Assembly: GCA_028865615.1 (NCBI GenBank)
Contig: JAGWJT010000003.1
Span: 1 to 39,376 of the forward strand
Origin: Patescibacteria group bacterium
GTDB taxonomy: Bacteria; Patescibacteriota; Minisyncoccia; Phycocordibacterales; PALSA-1337
DNA length: 39,376 nt
Direction of reading: 5' to 3'
The stretch's first letter is position 1. Each line of letters opens with the position of its first letter. Below the pieces are notes generated by a model that worked only from the letters and a program-made list of their open reading frames with translations, was not told where the DNA came from and did not search any database. The position numbers were made by a program, and so were the translations under genes. Positions 1 through 10,700 of the stretch are shown here, one piece after another.

Positions 1-987
1 CTCATCATCGCAATCGTAGTCTCCGAGCTTGCTGGCATTATTGGCTCGGTGTTTACCACGCCGTCCATCGCTGGTTGGTATGCCGGGATCGTAAAACCGG
101 CTCTGAATCCGCCAGCGTGGGTGTTTGGACCGGTTTGGACGACATTGTTTGTCCTGATGGGTATTTCGGCGTTCTTGATCTGGAAGAAAGGTATTGAGCG
201 CAAGGATGTAAAAATCGCTCTCGGCATATTTATCGGTCAGCTCATTTTGAACACGCTTTGGTCAATTATCTTTTTCAGTTTGCATTCTCCGGCCGGTGCT
301 TTCTTTGAACTGATTTTCCTCTGGCTCGCCATTCTTGCAACGATCATTTCTTTTGTAAAAATCTCCCGGCCAGCCGCTTGGCTTCTTTTGCCATACATTC
401 TCTGGGTAAGCTTTGCCGGCTATTTAAATTTCAATATCTGGCAACTCAATAAAACAACTGGTTCCGGACAAGTTGCCTGCACGCAAGAAGCCAAACAATG
501 TTCGGACGGATCGTATGTAAGTCGAACAGGACCTAAGTGTGAATTTGCCCAGTGCCCGGGAGAAAATAACGATCTTTGGAAAACTACGACGGATAGCAAA
601 ACGGGTATCACATTTAAGTATCCGGAAACTTTGCTTACCACATACATCCACGCGCAAGACTGGCCACCGCAGATTCAGGTTTTGAACCAGCCGTTTACTT
701 GCACTGAAGCCGGATCGGAAACCGCCCGGGCCGGGATTACCATGAAGCGCATGGTTGATGACAGGACCTATTGCGTAACTAAAGAAAGCGAAGGCGCGGC
801 CGGCAGTATCTATACTAACTATGCCTATGCTTTTCCGATGGACGGCAAGACAAGCGTTTTCACATTTAGCTTACGATCTGTGCAATGTTTCAATTACGAC
901 GATCCGCAAAAGACTGCTTGTGAGAACGAACGGTCAGCATTCGATCTCGATAGCACGGTTGATAGGATAGCAAGAAGCATAAAATAA
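1..987 (+). CDS. tspO: TspO/MBR family membrane protein fused to a C-terminal extracellular Cys-rich domain (5' truncated by window)
   Basis: Frame open from base 1 (LIIAIVVSELAGIIGSVFT). TspO motifs WY..KPALNPPAWVFGPVWT and LLLPYILWVSFA..LN, followed by CTQEAKQCSDGSYVSRTGPKCEFAQCP and a soluble domain. Confidence 0.85.
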   Translation, partial: LIIAIVVSELAGIIGSVFTTPSIAGWYAGIVKPALNPPAWVFGPVWTTLFVLMGISAFLIWKKGIERKDVKIALGIFIGQLILNTLWSIIFFSLHSPAGAFFELIFLWLAILATIISFVKISRPAAWLLLPYILWVSFAGYLNFNIWQLNKTTGSGQVACTQEAKQCSDGSYVSRTGPKCEFAQCPGENNDLWKTTTDSKTGITFKYPETLLTTYIHAQDWPPQIQVLNQPFTCTEAGSETARAGITMKRMVDDRTYCVTKESEGAAGSIYTNYAYAFPMDGKTSVFTFSLRSVQCFNYDDPQKTACENERSAFDLDSTVDRIARSIK

Positions 988-1024
988 CAGCAATGAAAAA
1001 AATGAAATCCGCAATTTAATAATT

Positions 1025-1558
1025 ATGAAAAAACCTACCATCTTTACCATTGGTCACTCCACACATCCGATCGAGGAGTTTGTTGAGATACTTAAGACTC
1101 ATGGTATCAAAGAAGTGGCCGATGTCCGCACGATTCCGAAGTCGCGCCACAATCCGCAATTTAACGAAGATGACTTGAAACAATCTTTGCAAAAGGCGCA
1201 CATCCGATACAAACATTTGAAAAAACTCGGGGGACTACGCCACACGACAAAAGATTCTATAAACCTCGGCTGGCACAATACTTCGTTTAGAGGATTTGCC
1301 GATTATATGTCGAGCGAGGAGTTTGAGGAAGGACTTCAAGCGCTTATCAAGATTGCAAGCGTTAGAAACACCGCGATTATGTGCGCTGAAGCCGTGCCGT
1401 GGCGATGCCATCGTTCGCTCATTGGTGATGCGCTTACCAAAAAAGGCTGGATGGTAGAGGACATCATGAGCCGTACCTCTATTACAAAACATCGGCTAAC
1501 ATCTTTTTTGAAAGTGAGAAAAGGGCAACTCATATATCCCGAACCTAAAAATGATTAA
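1025..1558 (+). CDS. DUF488 family protein
   Basis: IFTIGHS, DVRTIPKSRHNPQFN, LGGLR and MCAEAVPWRCHRSLI motifs. Confidence 0.9.
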   Translation: MKKPTIFTIGHSTHPIEEFVEILKTHGIKEVADVRTIPKSRHNPQFNEDDLKQSLQKAHIRYKHLKKLGGLRHTTKDSINLGWHNTSFRGFADYMSSEEFEEGLQALIKIASVRNTAIMCAEAVPWRCHRSLIGDALTKKGWMVEDIMSRTSITKHRLTSFLKVRKGQLIYPEPKND

Positions 1559-2069
1559 GTATAGACACAAAAAATCAAGAATACTTTTTGTCGGGATTAA
1601 CCCACACCCCGGGTCATTTAATCGTAGCGTGCCTTTTTCTAATAATAAATTGTTTTGGTATCTCCTATCAGAAGCCGGTCTTATCAAAGAGACGAGAGAC
1701 GAATTGCGCGATGATAAAACATTAGCGCGTATGTACCGAGAAAAATTCAATGCAGAATACGGGCTTGGACTCGTTAATATCATTGACCGGCCGACGGTAG
1801 ATATTACAGGAATCAAGAAACACGAAGAATTGCCCGGCCGTAAAAAAATTTCTCGTATTATAAAAGCCGAGATACCGATGGTAGTTTGCTTCATTGGCAA
1901 AGTAGCATACGAAAAATATATAGGATCAAAGGATTTCACTTTCGGCTGGCAAGAAAATATAGGCGCATCAAAAGCTTTCGTTATGCATTTTCCTTTACGT
2001 GGAGAAGCCGTTATCAGAGTTCGAGAACTACAGGAGATTAAGCGAACTGCATTCACAAAAAGTCGCTAG
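1551..2069 (+). CDS. Mismatch-specific uracil-DNA glycosylase (Mug/TDG-like, UDG family 2)
   Basis: N-terminal ILFVGINP motif, N.LFWYLL..AGL, YGLGLVNII.RPT. Overlaps the DUF488 stop. Confidence 0.8.
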   Translation: MIKYRHKKSRILFVGINPHPGSFNRSVPFSNNKLFWYLLSEAGLIKETRDELRDDKTLARMYREKFNAEYGLGLVNIIDRPTVDITGIKKHEELPGRKKISRIIKAEIPMVVCFIGKVAYEKYIGSKDFTFGWQENIGASKAFVMHFPLRGEAVIRVRELQEIKRTAFTKSR

Positions 2070-2086
2070 AGTAATATAATGTATAT

Positions 2087-2779
2087 ATGAAACTAACTCT
2101 TATTCGCAGAAAAACTGAGGCTCCAAATGTTGAATCGTTTGTTTTCAGTCCCGCAGAACCGCTTGTATGGAAAGCCGGACAATTTCTACATTATGTACTC
2201 CATCATGAGCCGACTGACAATCGTGGCTCGGATCGTTGGTTTACCGTAGCATCGGCTCCGTTTGAGAAAGAAGTGATGATTACGACAAGGTTAACAAAAG
2301 AAAAAGGGAGCAGTTTTAAGACCGCTCTCGACGGCTTAAAGATAGGCGAATATATCGAAATATCCGACATAGACGGCGATTTTATCGTGGATGACCCGAC
2401 ACAGGAGTATGTCTTCATTGCGGGAGGCATCGGTATCACGCCATTTCATTCTATACTCAAAGAAGCAGACCGCGCAGGGATAAAACTGCACGCGACGTTA
2501 TTATACGCCAACCGCGATCAGAATATCTCTTATAAGGATGAATTCGAAAAATTTGCACAAAATAATGCCTCACTTGATATTCGCTATATAATCTCTCCGG
2601 AGCGAATAGATGAAAATTTGATTAAAAAACTTGTACCGGATTTATCAAAACCCATTTTTTATGTTTCCGGGCCGGAGCCCATGGTGGAAAGTTTGGGCAA
2701 TACTTTGGAAAAAATAGGCATTGCAAAAGACCATATTAAACAAGATTATTTCCCAGGCTATGCTGGTATGGTATCTTAA
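2087..2779 (+). CDS. Ferredoxin-NADP reductase-like FAD/NAD(P)-binding oxidoreductase
   Basis: AGQF, RWFTVAS (RxYS-like), FIAGGIGITPF, LLYANR and YVSGPEPMV motifs. Confidence 0.9.
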   Translation: MKLTLIRRKTEAPNVESFVFSPAEPLVWKAGQFLHYVLHHEPTDNRGSDRWFTVASAPFEKEVMITTRLTKEKGSSFKTALDGLKIGEYIEISDIDGDFIVDDPTQEYVFIAGGIGITPFHSILKEADRAGIKLHATLLYANRDQNISYKDEFEKFAQNNASLDIRYIISPERIDENLIKKLVPDLSKPIFYVSGPEPMVESLGNTLEKIGIAKDHIKQDYFPGYAGMVS

Positions 2780-2852
2780 TTTTATAGTCGCCGAATTTTC
2801 CAAAAATATTAAAAGGATCAAATTGTCGTTGACAGTGGTGTATTGCTGTCAT

Positions 2853-2873
2853 ATTTGCTTAAGTTAAGCAAAT
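2853..2873. promoter_or_regulatory. Perfect palindrome, possible operator, downstream of a TTGACA
   Basis: ATTTGCTTAA-G-TTAAGCAAAT; TTGACA at 2829-2834. Confidence 0.35.
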
Positions 2874-3224
2874 CGTCCCAAGGGTTCAAATTTGTTCAAA
2901 CCGGTGGTCGAGGGTGCAAGCTGGGTCAAACGTCGATCCTCGGCACAAAGCTCGCCACAAGGGCAAACAGTGGGCGAAAAATCGGTTACTTACCGGCATT
3001 TAGGAAGTCGTAATTGTAAAACTTGGCAACTTTCTTGATATTGTTCATTTTTTCGCGTACTGTAACCATATACTCTTTATCCTCGAGCACTGTTATAAGA
3101 CCCGACAGTGCCTGACCCTCGTATTTAGACCTTACATACAGCCGTATTATATCGTACCCAGTGAAGGGAATCGAACCAGTCTTGTGTGGCAACATGGGTT
3201 CGATTGAAGTATAATAATTCCATT

Positions 3225-3869
3225 ATGTCATGGTTCAATCATATCATCGTCTCCATTGGAGCATTTGTGTCGTTATTGTTAGGCAATCATGGCGCTGTTA
3301 GTAATGTTGATGTTATCGCTACTTCAAGTCAGCAAGTCCAGTCCACCGCTTCAAGTACTAATCCAAATCAATCTGCAATAGATAAGTACAACCAAGCTAT
3401 GGCACAAAGAAAAGCTGAAGAGCAGTCTAATCCTCCTCAAGGTTTTCTTGTTCCGGCCAGATTGCCTTCAGGGTACACTTTGACTCAATCAAGATTCACT
3501 TCTTATTCAACGTTTTGGTTGTATCACGCTAAGATAGCAAGTTCATTTGGTCCGCAAGATGTTGTTTTGGGATACGATGAGACAACTAAAGACACATTTG
3601 ATCACTACCTGAAGACAGAAGGGAATAACACTTCTTCAGTTGAGATAACTAGAGATGTCAAAGATTTTACCTGGAATGGATCAAAGGGAGCTGTGCTAGG
3701 CACGTTTGTTAATGAAAAGAGCTTCGAGATCAATCCATTGCAAGCTGGAGAATACTGGCTCATTTATGACCACCAAGGACGATTGGTTAGAATCCATCGA
3801 GCAGGCGATCCGAAATTAACGCCAGATGCCATGATCAGTCTGCTTGAGCAGATGACTATCGCTAAATAG
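3225..3869 (+). CDS. Hypothetical exported/membrane-anchored protein
   Basis: ATG 3225 after TATAAT (3210-3215). Hydrophobic N-terminus, Ser/Thr/Gln linker, soluble domain starting LVPARLPSGY. Confidence 0.7.
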   Translation: MSWFNHIIVSIGAFVSLLLGNHGAVSNVDVIATSSQQVQSTASSTNPNQSAIDKYNQAMAQRKAEEQSNPPQGFLVPARLPSGYTLTQSRFTSYSTFWLYHAKIASSFGPQDVVLGYDETTKDTFDHYLKTEGNNTSSVEITRDVKDFTWNGSKGAVLGTFVNEKSFEINPLQAGEYWLIYDHQGRLVRIHRAGDPKLTPDAMISLLEQMTIAK

Positions 3870-4042
3870 TTTTTATGTGCGCCAATGAGTAATCACTGAT
3901 CAAGTCAACCTTCTCTTTTACGCCCGACATGTACTCAGTGTCCGCCAGAATAGCTAAACACTCAGCTGTACTTTCCGTTCGATTTGTCGCACCCCTCTGG
4001 CCCTTGGATTTTAGACTGGGCTCCGTGCTAGAATGATGCCGT

Positions 4043-4357
4043 ATGGGAGATTATACAAAGATCATCTTGCTCATCATAGTAGCTTTCATAGGCGCGGGAG
4101 CCATAGCTTATTTCTATATGTCCGCCGATATATTCGCGGACGTGCTCAAGCGGCCTTTGAGGATAGTTTCCATGGGCATGCTGTCCATCGATATCGGCGT
4201 GCTCGCCGTAGCCCTGGTCACGTATCAGTCTATTACAGGCGGGAGTCTGGCCGTATACGGAGTGCCGTTGTCATGGTCGTTCTATATATTTTACGGCCTT
4301 GGGTCGGCTCTCATAATAGCCGGTTCAAGCAAATTTGCCCGCAAACCGAAGCAGTGA
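4043..4357 (+). CDS. Small integral membrane protein (about 3 TM helices)
   Basis: Three hydrophobic segments; TG-C-TAGAAT 8 nt before the ATG. Confidence 0.7.
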   Translation: MGDYTKIILLIIVAFIGAGAIAYFYMSADIFADVLKRPLRIVSMGMLSIDIGVLAVALVTYQSITGGSLAVYGVPLSWSFYIFYGLGSALIIAGSSKFARKPKQ

Positions 4358-4407
4358 TATATGGGTGCTTTGCGCTGTAGGCATATCATGAAGTATAATC
4401 AGGCCTT

Positions 4408-5052
4408 ATGAAACGCATAATATTCTGGATCATATTCCTGTTGGTGCTCGTCCTTATCATATGGGGTTTGTTCGTGGCCATGCAGAAGGGTTCTCGCAAC
4501 GGCGTTCCGAATCTCGGTGCGCCCGCGCCGGTCACGGCGGCCGACCACACGGAGGGCCCTGCCGATGCGCCCGTCACTCTCATAGAGTACGGCGATTTTG
4601 AGTGTCCGGCTTGCGGCGAATACGCGCCTATGGTGGAGCGCCTGTTCCAGCAATCTTCTACGACCATGCGCCTGGTCTTCAGGCACTTCCCGTTGCCGCA
4701 GCACCTGAATGCTCCTATAGCCGCCCAAGCTTCCGAGGCCGCCTCCGACCAAGGTAGATTTTGGGATATGTACAAGCTTCTGTACGCCGGACAGGATTCA
4801 TGGGCTAACTTGTCCGTATCCGATGCGGCAAAAGTCTTTGACGGTTATGCCCGGTCTCTGGGTCTGGATATCGCGCAATTCGACACTGACATAAATAGCA
4901 CCACTACCAAGGCCTTCATCCAGAGCGAGCTTTCGGAAGGTCAGCAGCTGGGCATAGACTATACGCCGACTTTCTTCGTCAACGGCAAGATCATCCAGAA
5001 CCCGCAAAGCTATGACTCCTTCAAATCCATCATCGATTCTGCCGCTAAGTAA
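4408..5052 (+). CDS. dsbA: Membrane-anchored DsbA-family thiol-disulfide oxidoreductase
   Basis: N-terminal TM, EYGDFECPAC active site, FRHFPL, GIDYTPTFFVNG cis-Pro loop. Confidence 0.9.
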   Translation: MKRIIFWIIFLLVLVLIIWGLFVAMQKGSRNGVPNLGAPAPVTAADHTEGPADAPVTLIEYGDFECPACGEYAPMVERLFQQSSTTMRLVFRHFPLPQHLNAPIAAQASEAASDQGRFWDMYKLLYAGQDSWANLSVSDAAKVFDGYARSLGLDIAQFDTDINSTTTKAFIQSELSEGQQLGIDYTPTFFVNGKIIQNPQSYDSFKSIIDSAAK

Positions 5053-5536
5053 GCCCTTCAACAGGGTCCACACGGGCGCGGTCTGCTTGATGCTCGCAGT
5101 AGCCGTCCTCGGCTTTGCGGATGCTTCTTACCTGACGTTGGAGCATTTCCTGGGCGCCATACCGCCTTGTTCTCTGGTCGGCGGCTGCGAAAAGGTCCTC
5201 ACCAGTTCTTATTCAACGGTATTAGGGGTGCCGGTCTCGCTCCTGGGAGCGCTGTACTATCTAGCCGTCTGCATCGGCTGCCTCATATTCCTGGAATCCC
5301 GGCATTTGTCCAAGAATGTCCAGGCCCATCATTTTGCCATACTCAAATGGACTCTGGCCGTCACTATAGTAGGGTTCCTGGCCTCTGCTTGGTTCTTCTA
5401 CATACAGGCTTTTGTCATTCATTCGTTCTGCGAATACTGCCTAGGCTCCGCCGCGACCTCTACTATCCTCTTCATCGTCGCCATATTCATGCTTCGGCAC
5501 GGTCTGGAGAGAGATGTTCCGGAAAGCCTGGGATAA
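5012..5536 (+). CDS. Vitamin K epoxide reductase (VKOR) family protein, DsbB analogue
   Basis: C-x5-C..VLTSSYS loop, GVPVSLLG, FCEYC redox motif; directly after dsbA. Start codon uncertain. Confidence 0.9.
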   Translation: MTPSNPSSILPLSKPFNRVHTGAVCLMLAVAVLGFADASYLTLEHFLGAIPPCSLVGGCEKVLTSSYSTVLGVPVSLLGALYYLAVCIGCLIFLESRHLSKNVQAHHFAILKWTLAVTIVGFLASAWFFYIQAFVIHSFCEYCLGSAATSTILFIVAIFMLRHGLERDVPESLG

Positions 5537-5613
5537 CTGGCGCATCACGGCGCATCCCGACAGGCGCATCCTGACGCTGGGAGCTTGGATATAGGTGTGA
5601 TAGAATCCCCCCA

Positions 5614-6489
5614 ATGAATTCACCGGAAATACTGGTCACTACTCCTTCAAAGGATTATGAGCTCATAGACTCCGGCGACGGCGAGAAGCTCGAGAGATTC
5701 GGCAGGTTCGTCCTGTCCAGGCCTGATCCGCAAGCCTTGTGGCCGAAACGATTGCAGGAGAAGGTATGGAAGAAAGCCGATGGCCGCTTCATCCGCGCCG
5801 CCGAAAAAGGCGACTGGTCTCTCGGAAGCAGCTTGCCGGAGCGTTGGCCGGTAGAGTTGGGCGGCCTCAAATTTTGGGTCAAGCCGACAGCCTTCAAGCA
5901 TACAGGCCTTTTCCCGGAGCAGGCGCCGAACTGGGATTGGTTGAGGTTACAGATCGAAAGAGCGCCGGCAGGCGCTCCCGAGATCCTGAACCTGTTCGGC
6001 TATACCGGCGGCGCCACGCTGGCTTGCGCCCGGGCCGGGGCCAAAGTCACTCATATAGACGGTTCGAAAGCCGCCGTGACATGGGCCAAGGACAATGCCG
6101 AGCTGTCGGGTTTGAGGGATAAGCCCGTCCGCTGGATCGTCGAGGACGCGCGGACCTTCGCGGAGCGGGAGATCAAGCGAGGCCGGTCATACGACGGCAT
6201 CATCATGGATCCGCCCGCCTTTGGTCACGGTCCGGCCGGTGAATTGTGGAAGATCGAGGAGCACTTCCTGCCGCTCATCGAGTCATGCATGAAGCTGCTC
6301 AAGCCCAAGCCGCTGTTCTTCCTCATAAACGGCTATTCCGCCGGATATTCGGCCCTGGCATACGGGAACAGCCTTTTGCCTTTGACGGAAAAATACGGCG
6401 GCAACATAGAGATAGGGGAGCTGACCATAGAAGAAGCCTCAAAAAGACTGTTGCCCGCCGGCATATTTGCCAGGTGGACGGGTGTCTGA
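5614..6489 (+). CDS. Class I SAM-dependent methyltransferase (RlmI/RlmK-related)
   Basis: YELIDSGDGEKLERFG, FKHTGLFPEQ, ILNLFGYTGG, IIMDPPAF. Confidence 0.85.
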   Translation: MNSPEILVTTPSKDYELIDSGDGEKLERFGRFVLSRPDPQALWPKRLQEKVWKKADGRFIRAAEKGDWSLGSSLPERWPVELGGLKFWVKPTAFKHTGLFPEQAPNWDWLRLQIERAPAGAPEILNLFGYTGGATLACARAGAKVTHIDGSKAAVTWAKDNAELSGLRDKPVRWIVEDARTFAEREIKRGRSYDGIIMDPPAFGHGPAGELWKIEEHFLPLIESCMKLLKPKPLFFLINGYSAGYSALAYGNSLLPLTEKYGGNIEIGELTIEEASKRLLPAGIFARWTGV

Positions 6490-6619
6490 CGCCCATGTAC
6501 ATTTCGGTCAAAATGAAAGTTGTGGATTATCTTACAGTCGGGATGGTATATAATATGTAGCACAAACGTCATATGGAACGTTTGACTTGGCCGGTATCAT
6601 TATTCGATTAAAAAATAAC

Positions 6620-7528
6620 ATGACACACAAAAAATTCATATTGTTCCCTGTAGCAATGCTGGTCGTAGCGGTTTCGGTCTCGTTGGCCGCTTCGGCGCAG
6701 GCGGCGACGACATCGGCACTTTATAATGCGCCTCTGTACCGGCCTTATAGCACGTCACTGGATTCCTATAGCAACATACCGTGTAAATATCCGAACGTCA
6801 TAGATATACCTACGGCACGAGCTTTGATCTCAGCTTTGAATTTGAATGCCACCCAAACAGCCGCTCTTCTCAATCCCGCGGATCTTTATCTGTACAAGAC
6901 GGTGGTATTTCCCGGCGCTACTACTTACGTCCAAAACGGCCCTGATACCATGACCACTATAGGCTTGTGCATATCACCGGGATTTGTGTCCAATCTGCCG
7001 GTCGGTATAAGTCCGTCTACTATCCTCAATGCCGGCACTCCGCTCAAAATATTCTCCAATACAACTACTGATTATACGGACGGCAATCATCTCGGCTTGA
7101 CCTCCGGCAATTTCTCGACGACGGTTCAGACAGCCTCGGCGGCTACCGTCAGTAGCCATGTCAGTTATTCCGTCAACGTCAACTACAACCAGTTCACCTC
7201 TGAAGCTCAGAAATACGGATACAATGACGTGTATAGCACTACCGGCACAAAGACGGTGTCCATCACTGTTTTGAAATTCTCCGGCAGCCAATATGTCACC
7301 GCTCAGCAAGCGCTGTCTCTCATGAGCGCTGCAGGTTACAGGCCGGCCACCTTGTCCGAAGTCTACGCCTTGAAGAGCCAGGCAGGCAGCAATATCGTAG
7401 GTCTCGGCACGCTCCTCGGCACCAATTGGGGCTACCCCATAACAGGCGGTTCCGGCTCAGCCGGCATGTCCTTGTCCAAAGGCCCGTTCAACACCTCGGT
7501 GCTCAGCTTTGCGGCGGTGGCGCAGTGA
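6620..7528 (+). CDS. Hypothetical secreted Ser/Thr-rich protein
   Basis: MTHKK plus hydrophobic core and ASAQA signal peptide; C-terminal GYRPATLSEVYAL domain. Confidence 0.75.
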   Translation: MTHKKFILFPVAMLVVAVSVSLAASAQAATTSALYNAPLYRPYSTSLDSYSNIPCKYPNVIDIPTARALISALNLNATQTAALLNPADLYLYKTVVFPGATTYVQNGPDTMTTIGLCISPGFVSNLPVGISPSTILNAGTPLKIFSNTTTDYTDGNHLGLTSGNFSTTVQTASAATVSSHVSYSVNVNYNQFTSEAQKYGYNDVYSTTGTKTVSITVLKFSGSQYVTAQQALSLMSAAGYRPATLSEVYALKSQAGSNIVGLGTLLGTNWGYPITGGSGSAGMSLSKGPFNTSVLSFAAVAQ

Positions 7529-7554
7529 TCTCATATCCCAGTAGTCGATCATTT

Positions 7555-7588
7555 ACAAAAGGCTCCATCGAGGGGCCTTTTGTTTTTA
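7555..7588 (+). terminator. Intrinsic terminator (possibly bidirectional)
   Basis: ACAAAAGGCTCC-ATCGA-GGGGCCTTTTGT plus T tract after the 7528 stop. Confidence 0.8.
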
Positions 7589-7773
7589 CTTATTTATAGG
7601 ATGCAGATTTGACGATTAAGAAACAATCATGGATATCAACTAAAATTTGCAGACATAAAAAAGTGTTTATGGCTGCAACTCGATCTTAATAATTTCTTTG
7701 TTTTACATACAATGGAACGATACTGTGGTTGTGCTATACTTTTTACCACATTAACCATTAACACGACAAACAC

Positions 7774-10700
7774 ATGAAACTCCTATCGGCGCGCGCTGTG
7801 CTTCTTGCATCATTCGTCTTGCTATGGTTGTTTGTCGGGGTACAGGGGGTATCTGCCGCCTCTGCTCCCGTATTATGTGCCAACTCCTCGGGTTTGAAAG
7901 GGTATATTGATGCAACGGGTCAATGTGCGGCAAATGCCGAAACAAATACGGCATTGAATGCGATGTATACTATCTCATTCGGTTCTTATCAATATGCGTA
8001 TACAGATGTTTACAATCCTTTCTCTATATACGCTATTCCAGGTTCCTATACTCCTTTTGTAACTTACCATGTCAGTGGTGCGCAGTTACTAGGCGGATAT
8101 AAGTTTCCGGCAGGAGGCGATGCGTATTCGATCCATGTAGGTTCTTTGAATATGTCGAACAATGCCAGTGTCATAGTTTCATGCGATCTTGGAAGCACCG
8201 TATCAGTTCCGGTAATACTTTCCAACCAATCGTCATATCCGCCTTCCGGCAACACTCTCACCGGTCCCGGTACATTCCTACCTACTTATGGTAATCCGAT
8301 TCAATCATGCGGAGGTCGGTATAGCGATACAACTATAAATCCTAATTATTACAGTCATGGAAATCTTACGTACACCCTTATACTTCCTACGGTAACGATT
8401 GCTACCACCTCAGCCCCAACTCTAACCGCCGCCTCGTACTCGTCTTCAAATCAAACGGTGATAGTGACAGGTAGTGGTTTTAGTGCAACGGGGAATACGG
8501 TACAGGTCAATGGCCCTTCAGGATCATACATATCTCAGACATCGACGAATGTTTCTAGCAACGGAACATCGTTGTCAGTTGTCTTACCGGCAAATTTTCC
8601 GACCGGCGTCTCAACCGTACAAGTGAAGGCGTCCGGTGGGACGACTTTTAGTAATATGGTTGGCTTTAGCATAGCTGCCTGCGTGGCTTTGGGCGGATCT
8701 GGACCGGACAAGATCGTATTCATGCGCGGCGATGGGTGGAATTCCAGCGACGGCGACTACCTCGCCCAAGTAAATGACATCATCAACAACGGCTTCAAGG
8801 CAATCGATCCTTTCAAGACGCACATCGGCCAGCTCTCGTTCTATGCGGATCTCGAAAAAGTGGATGAATTAATAGATGCAACAAGAGATTCTATCGTTAC
8901 CAATTCAAGTTGTGGAAGTTCCGCAATGGAGTATGTGTATATGTTTGGTTACAGGAGTACTGATTTCCCGCACGCTTTCGTTTATGAAAAAGGCGACAAA
9001 CTTGTCAATTTAAATATGCCGTTGATATCGTCGCAACCTATTTACAAGTCGAATTTGCCTTTTACTGTAATACACGAAAGCGGTCATGCGATAGGCAGTC
9101 TTCAAGATGAATATACTGCCGGAAGTTTTATAGATAAGCCAGCGCCCTCAGATTATAATGATGTGGTTGGCTATCCTAATGGTTCATTTGATATAAATAC
9201 AAACTGTAGTGCTGACCCATGGACTGACTACAGCTACGGCGGAAATATGTATGGAAGCGTTGATTCCACAACATGTTTTAAGGCGTTTTCTCCTGATGCC
9301 CAACAAATATATTATCGTCCAAGCAATGATAGTATCATGAATAGTTCAACTGTTAATCATAAATTCAACATCATCTCCTGCGGATATGTATTGGCGGCGA
9401 TCGATGGTCAAGCCCCGACCAAAGCCAACGCTTCTACTCACTGGCCGGAATGCAAAAATCTCGATACTGTCGGCAAAGACGAATTGCCCACGGTCGGGCC
9501 GCCGCCGGTGGTGGTGACGGTGGGAGGCGTGTTGACTACTGAAGACAGTGCTATATTTTCTTGGGTAGATCAACAATTGCCGACTTCAGTAGAGCAGGTT
9601 CGTATACCGGTCCCGGGCATTTCACCGGGCAATACCGAATGGTCTATACGTGACGCCATAAACAATGCTCTTGCCGGCCATCACCCCGTGATAGTCGTGG
9701 GTCATTCTCTGGGCGCATTCCTGGCATACGAAGTATCGTCTGAATATGCCGGGAAAGACGTCAAATTCATATATGTCGATCCCCCGTACAATTCGCCCAT
9801 GGTCAAACTTAGTGGCCTTTCTGCCATAGCGAATGCCGTCAAAAATGCCACCGATCTCTTATGGACCAACGGAGATTCTATTATCTTGGGGCATATCTAT
9901 TACCATAACGCTTTCGGTTATCCAAATCTTCCCAGTACAGCTCCCAACGGCAAAACCAATGCCGCTAATTTGACTCAATTGGCTACGGAATTGACGAGCG
10001 ACCTTGCGTCGGCGAGCGATAATCCTTCCGGCGGCAGTTTCGCATCGTCGCCCAACCCGTCTCTTTCGTCGCCGCCGAGCATTGCGGCTATCAACCCGTC
10101 TTCTGCCGGTCCGGGACAAAATGTTACTCTAACAGGTTCATTTGATCCGAACGGCAACGACGTATACATAACCAATACTGCCGATAACAGCGTTTATTAC
10201 AGCTTTTACGATGTTTTGCCTCAGAACGGCAATTCATCGCTCAGTTTCACTCTGCCCCAGGCTTTTGACTGGTCCGGCTCTCTGAGCGACACGGTACCGG
10301 GGACTTACACGGTCCAAGTTGCAGGATCCAACAGTCTGTGGGCAAATGCGGGCACCATAAACGTAACATCTTCAGCTTCATTGCCGCCGATCCCGACCGG
10401 CGTCGACTTCAATGCGAGCACAGGGGAAGGTCAAGTCACAGGATCTAACTTCTCGTCGACAGGCAACAGCGTCGGCCTCACCTTGGCGCCCGGCGCGGCG
10501 GCGTCGGCTCCCGGTTGGAACGCGGCTTCCGTATGGGATGCGGTAAAGCGCCTGCTCCAATCATTGTTCTCATTCAAGAAAGCGTCCGCCCAGACAACCA
10601 CCGCTCCCGCATATGTCATCCCGGGCTTGTCGAGCAGCGGCGGGACGATATCGTTCCAGGTGCCATCGAATGTGCCCAACGGAATATATACGGTATCAGT

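Noticed and set aside
2986-3195. 69-aa minus-strand ORF
   Set aside because: TTG start, no recognisable motif, overlaps a tRNA-like fragment; may be a gene remnant but cannot be supported.
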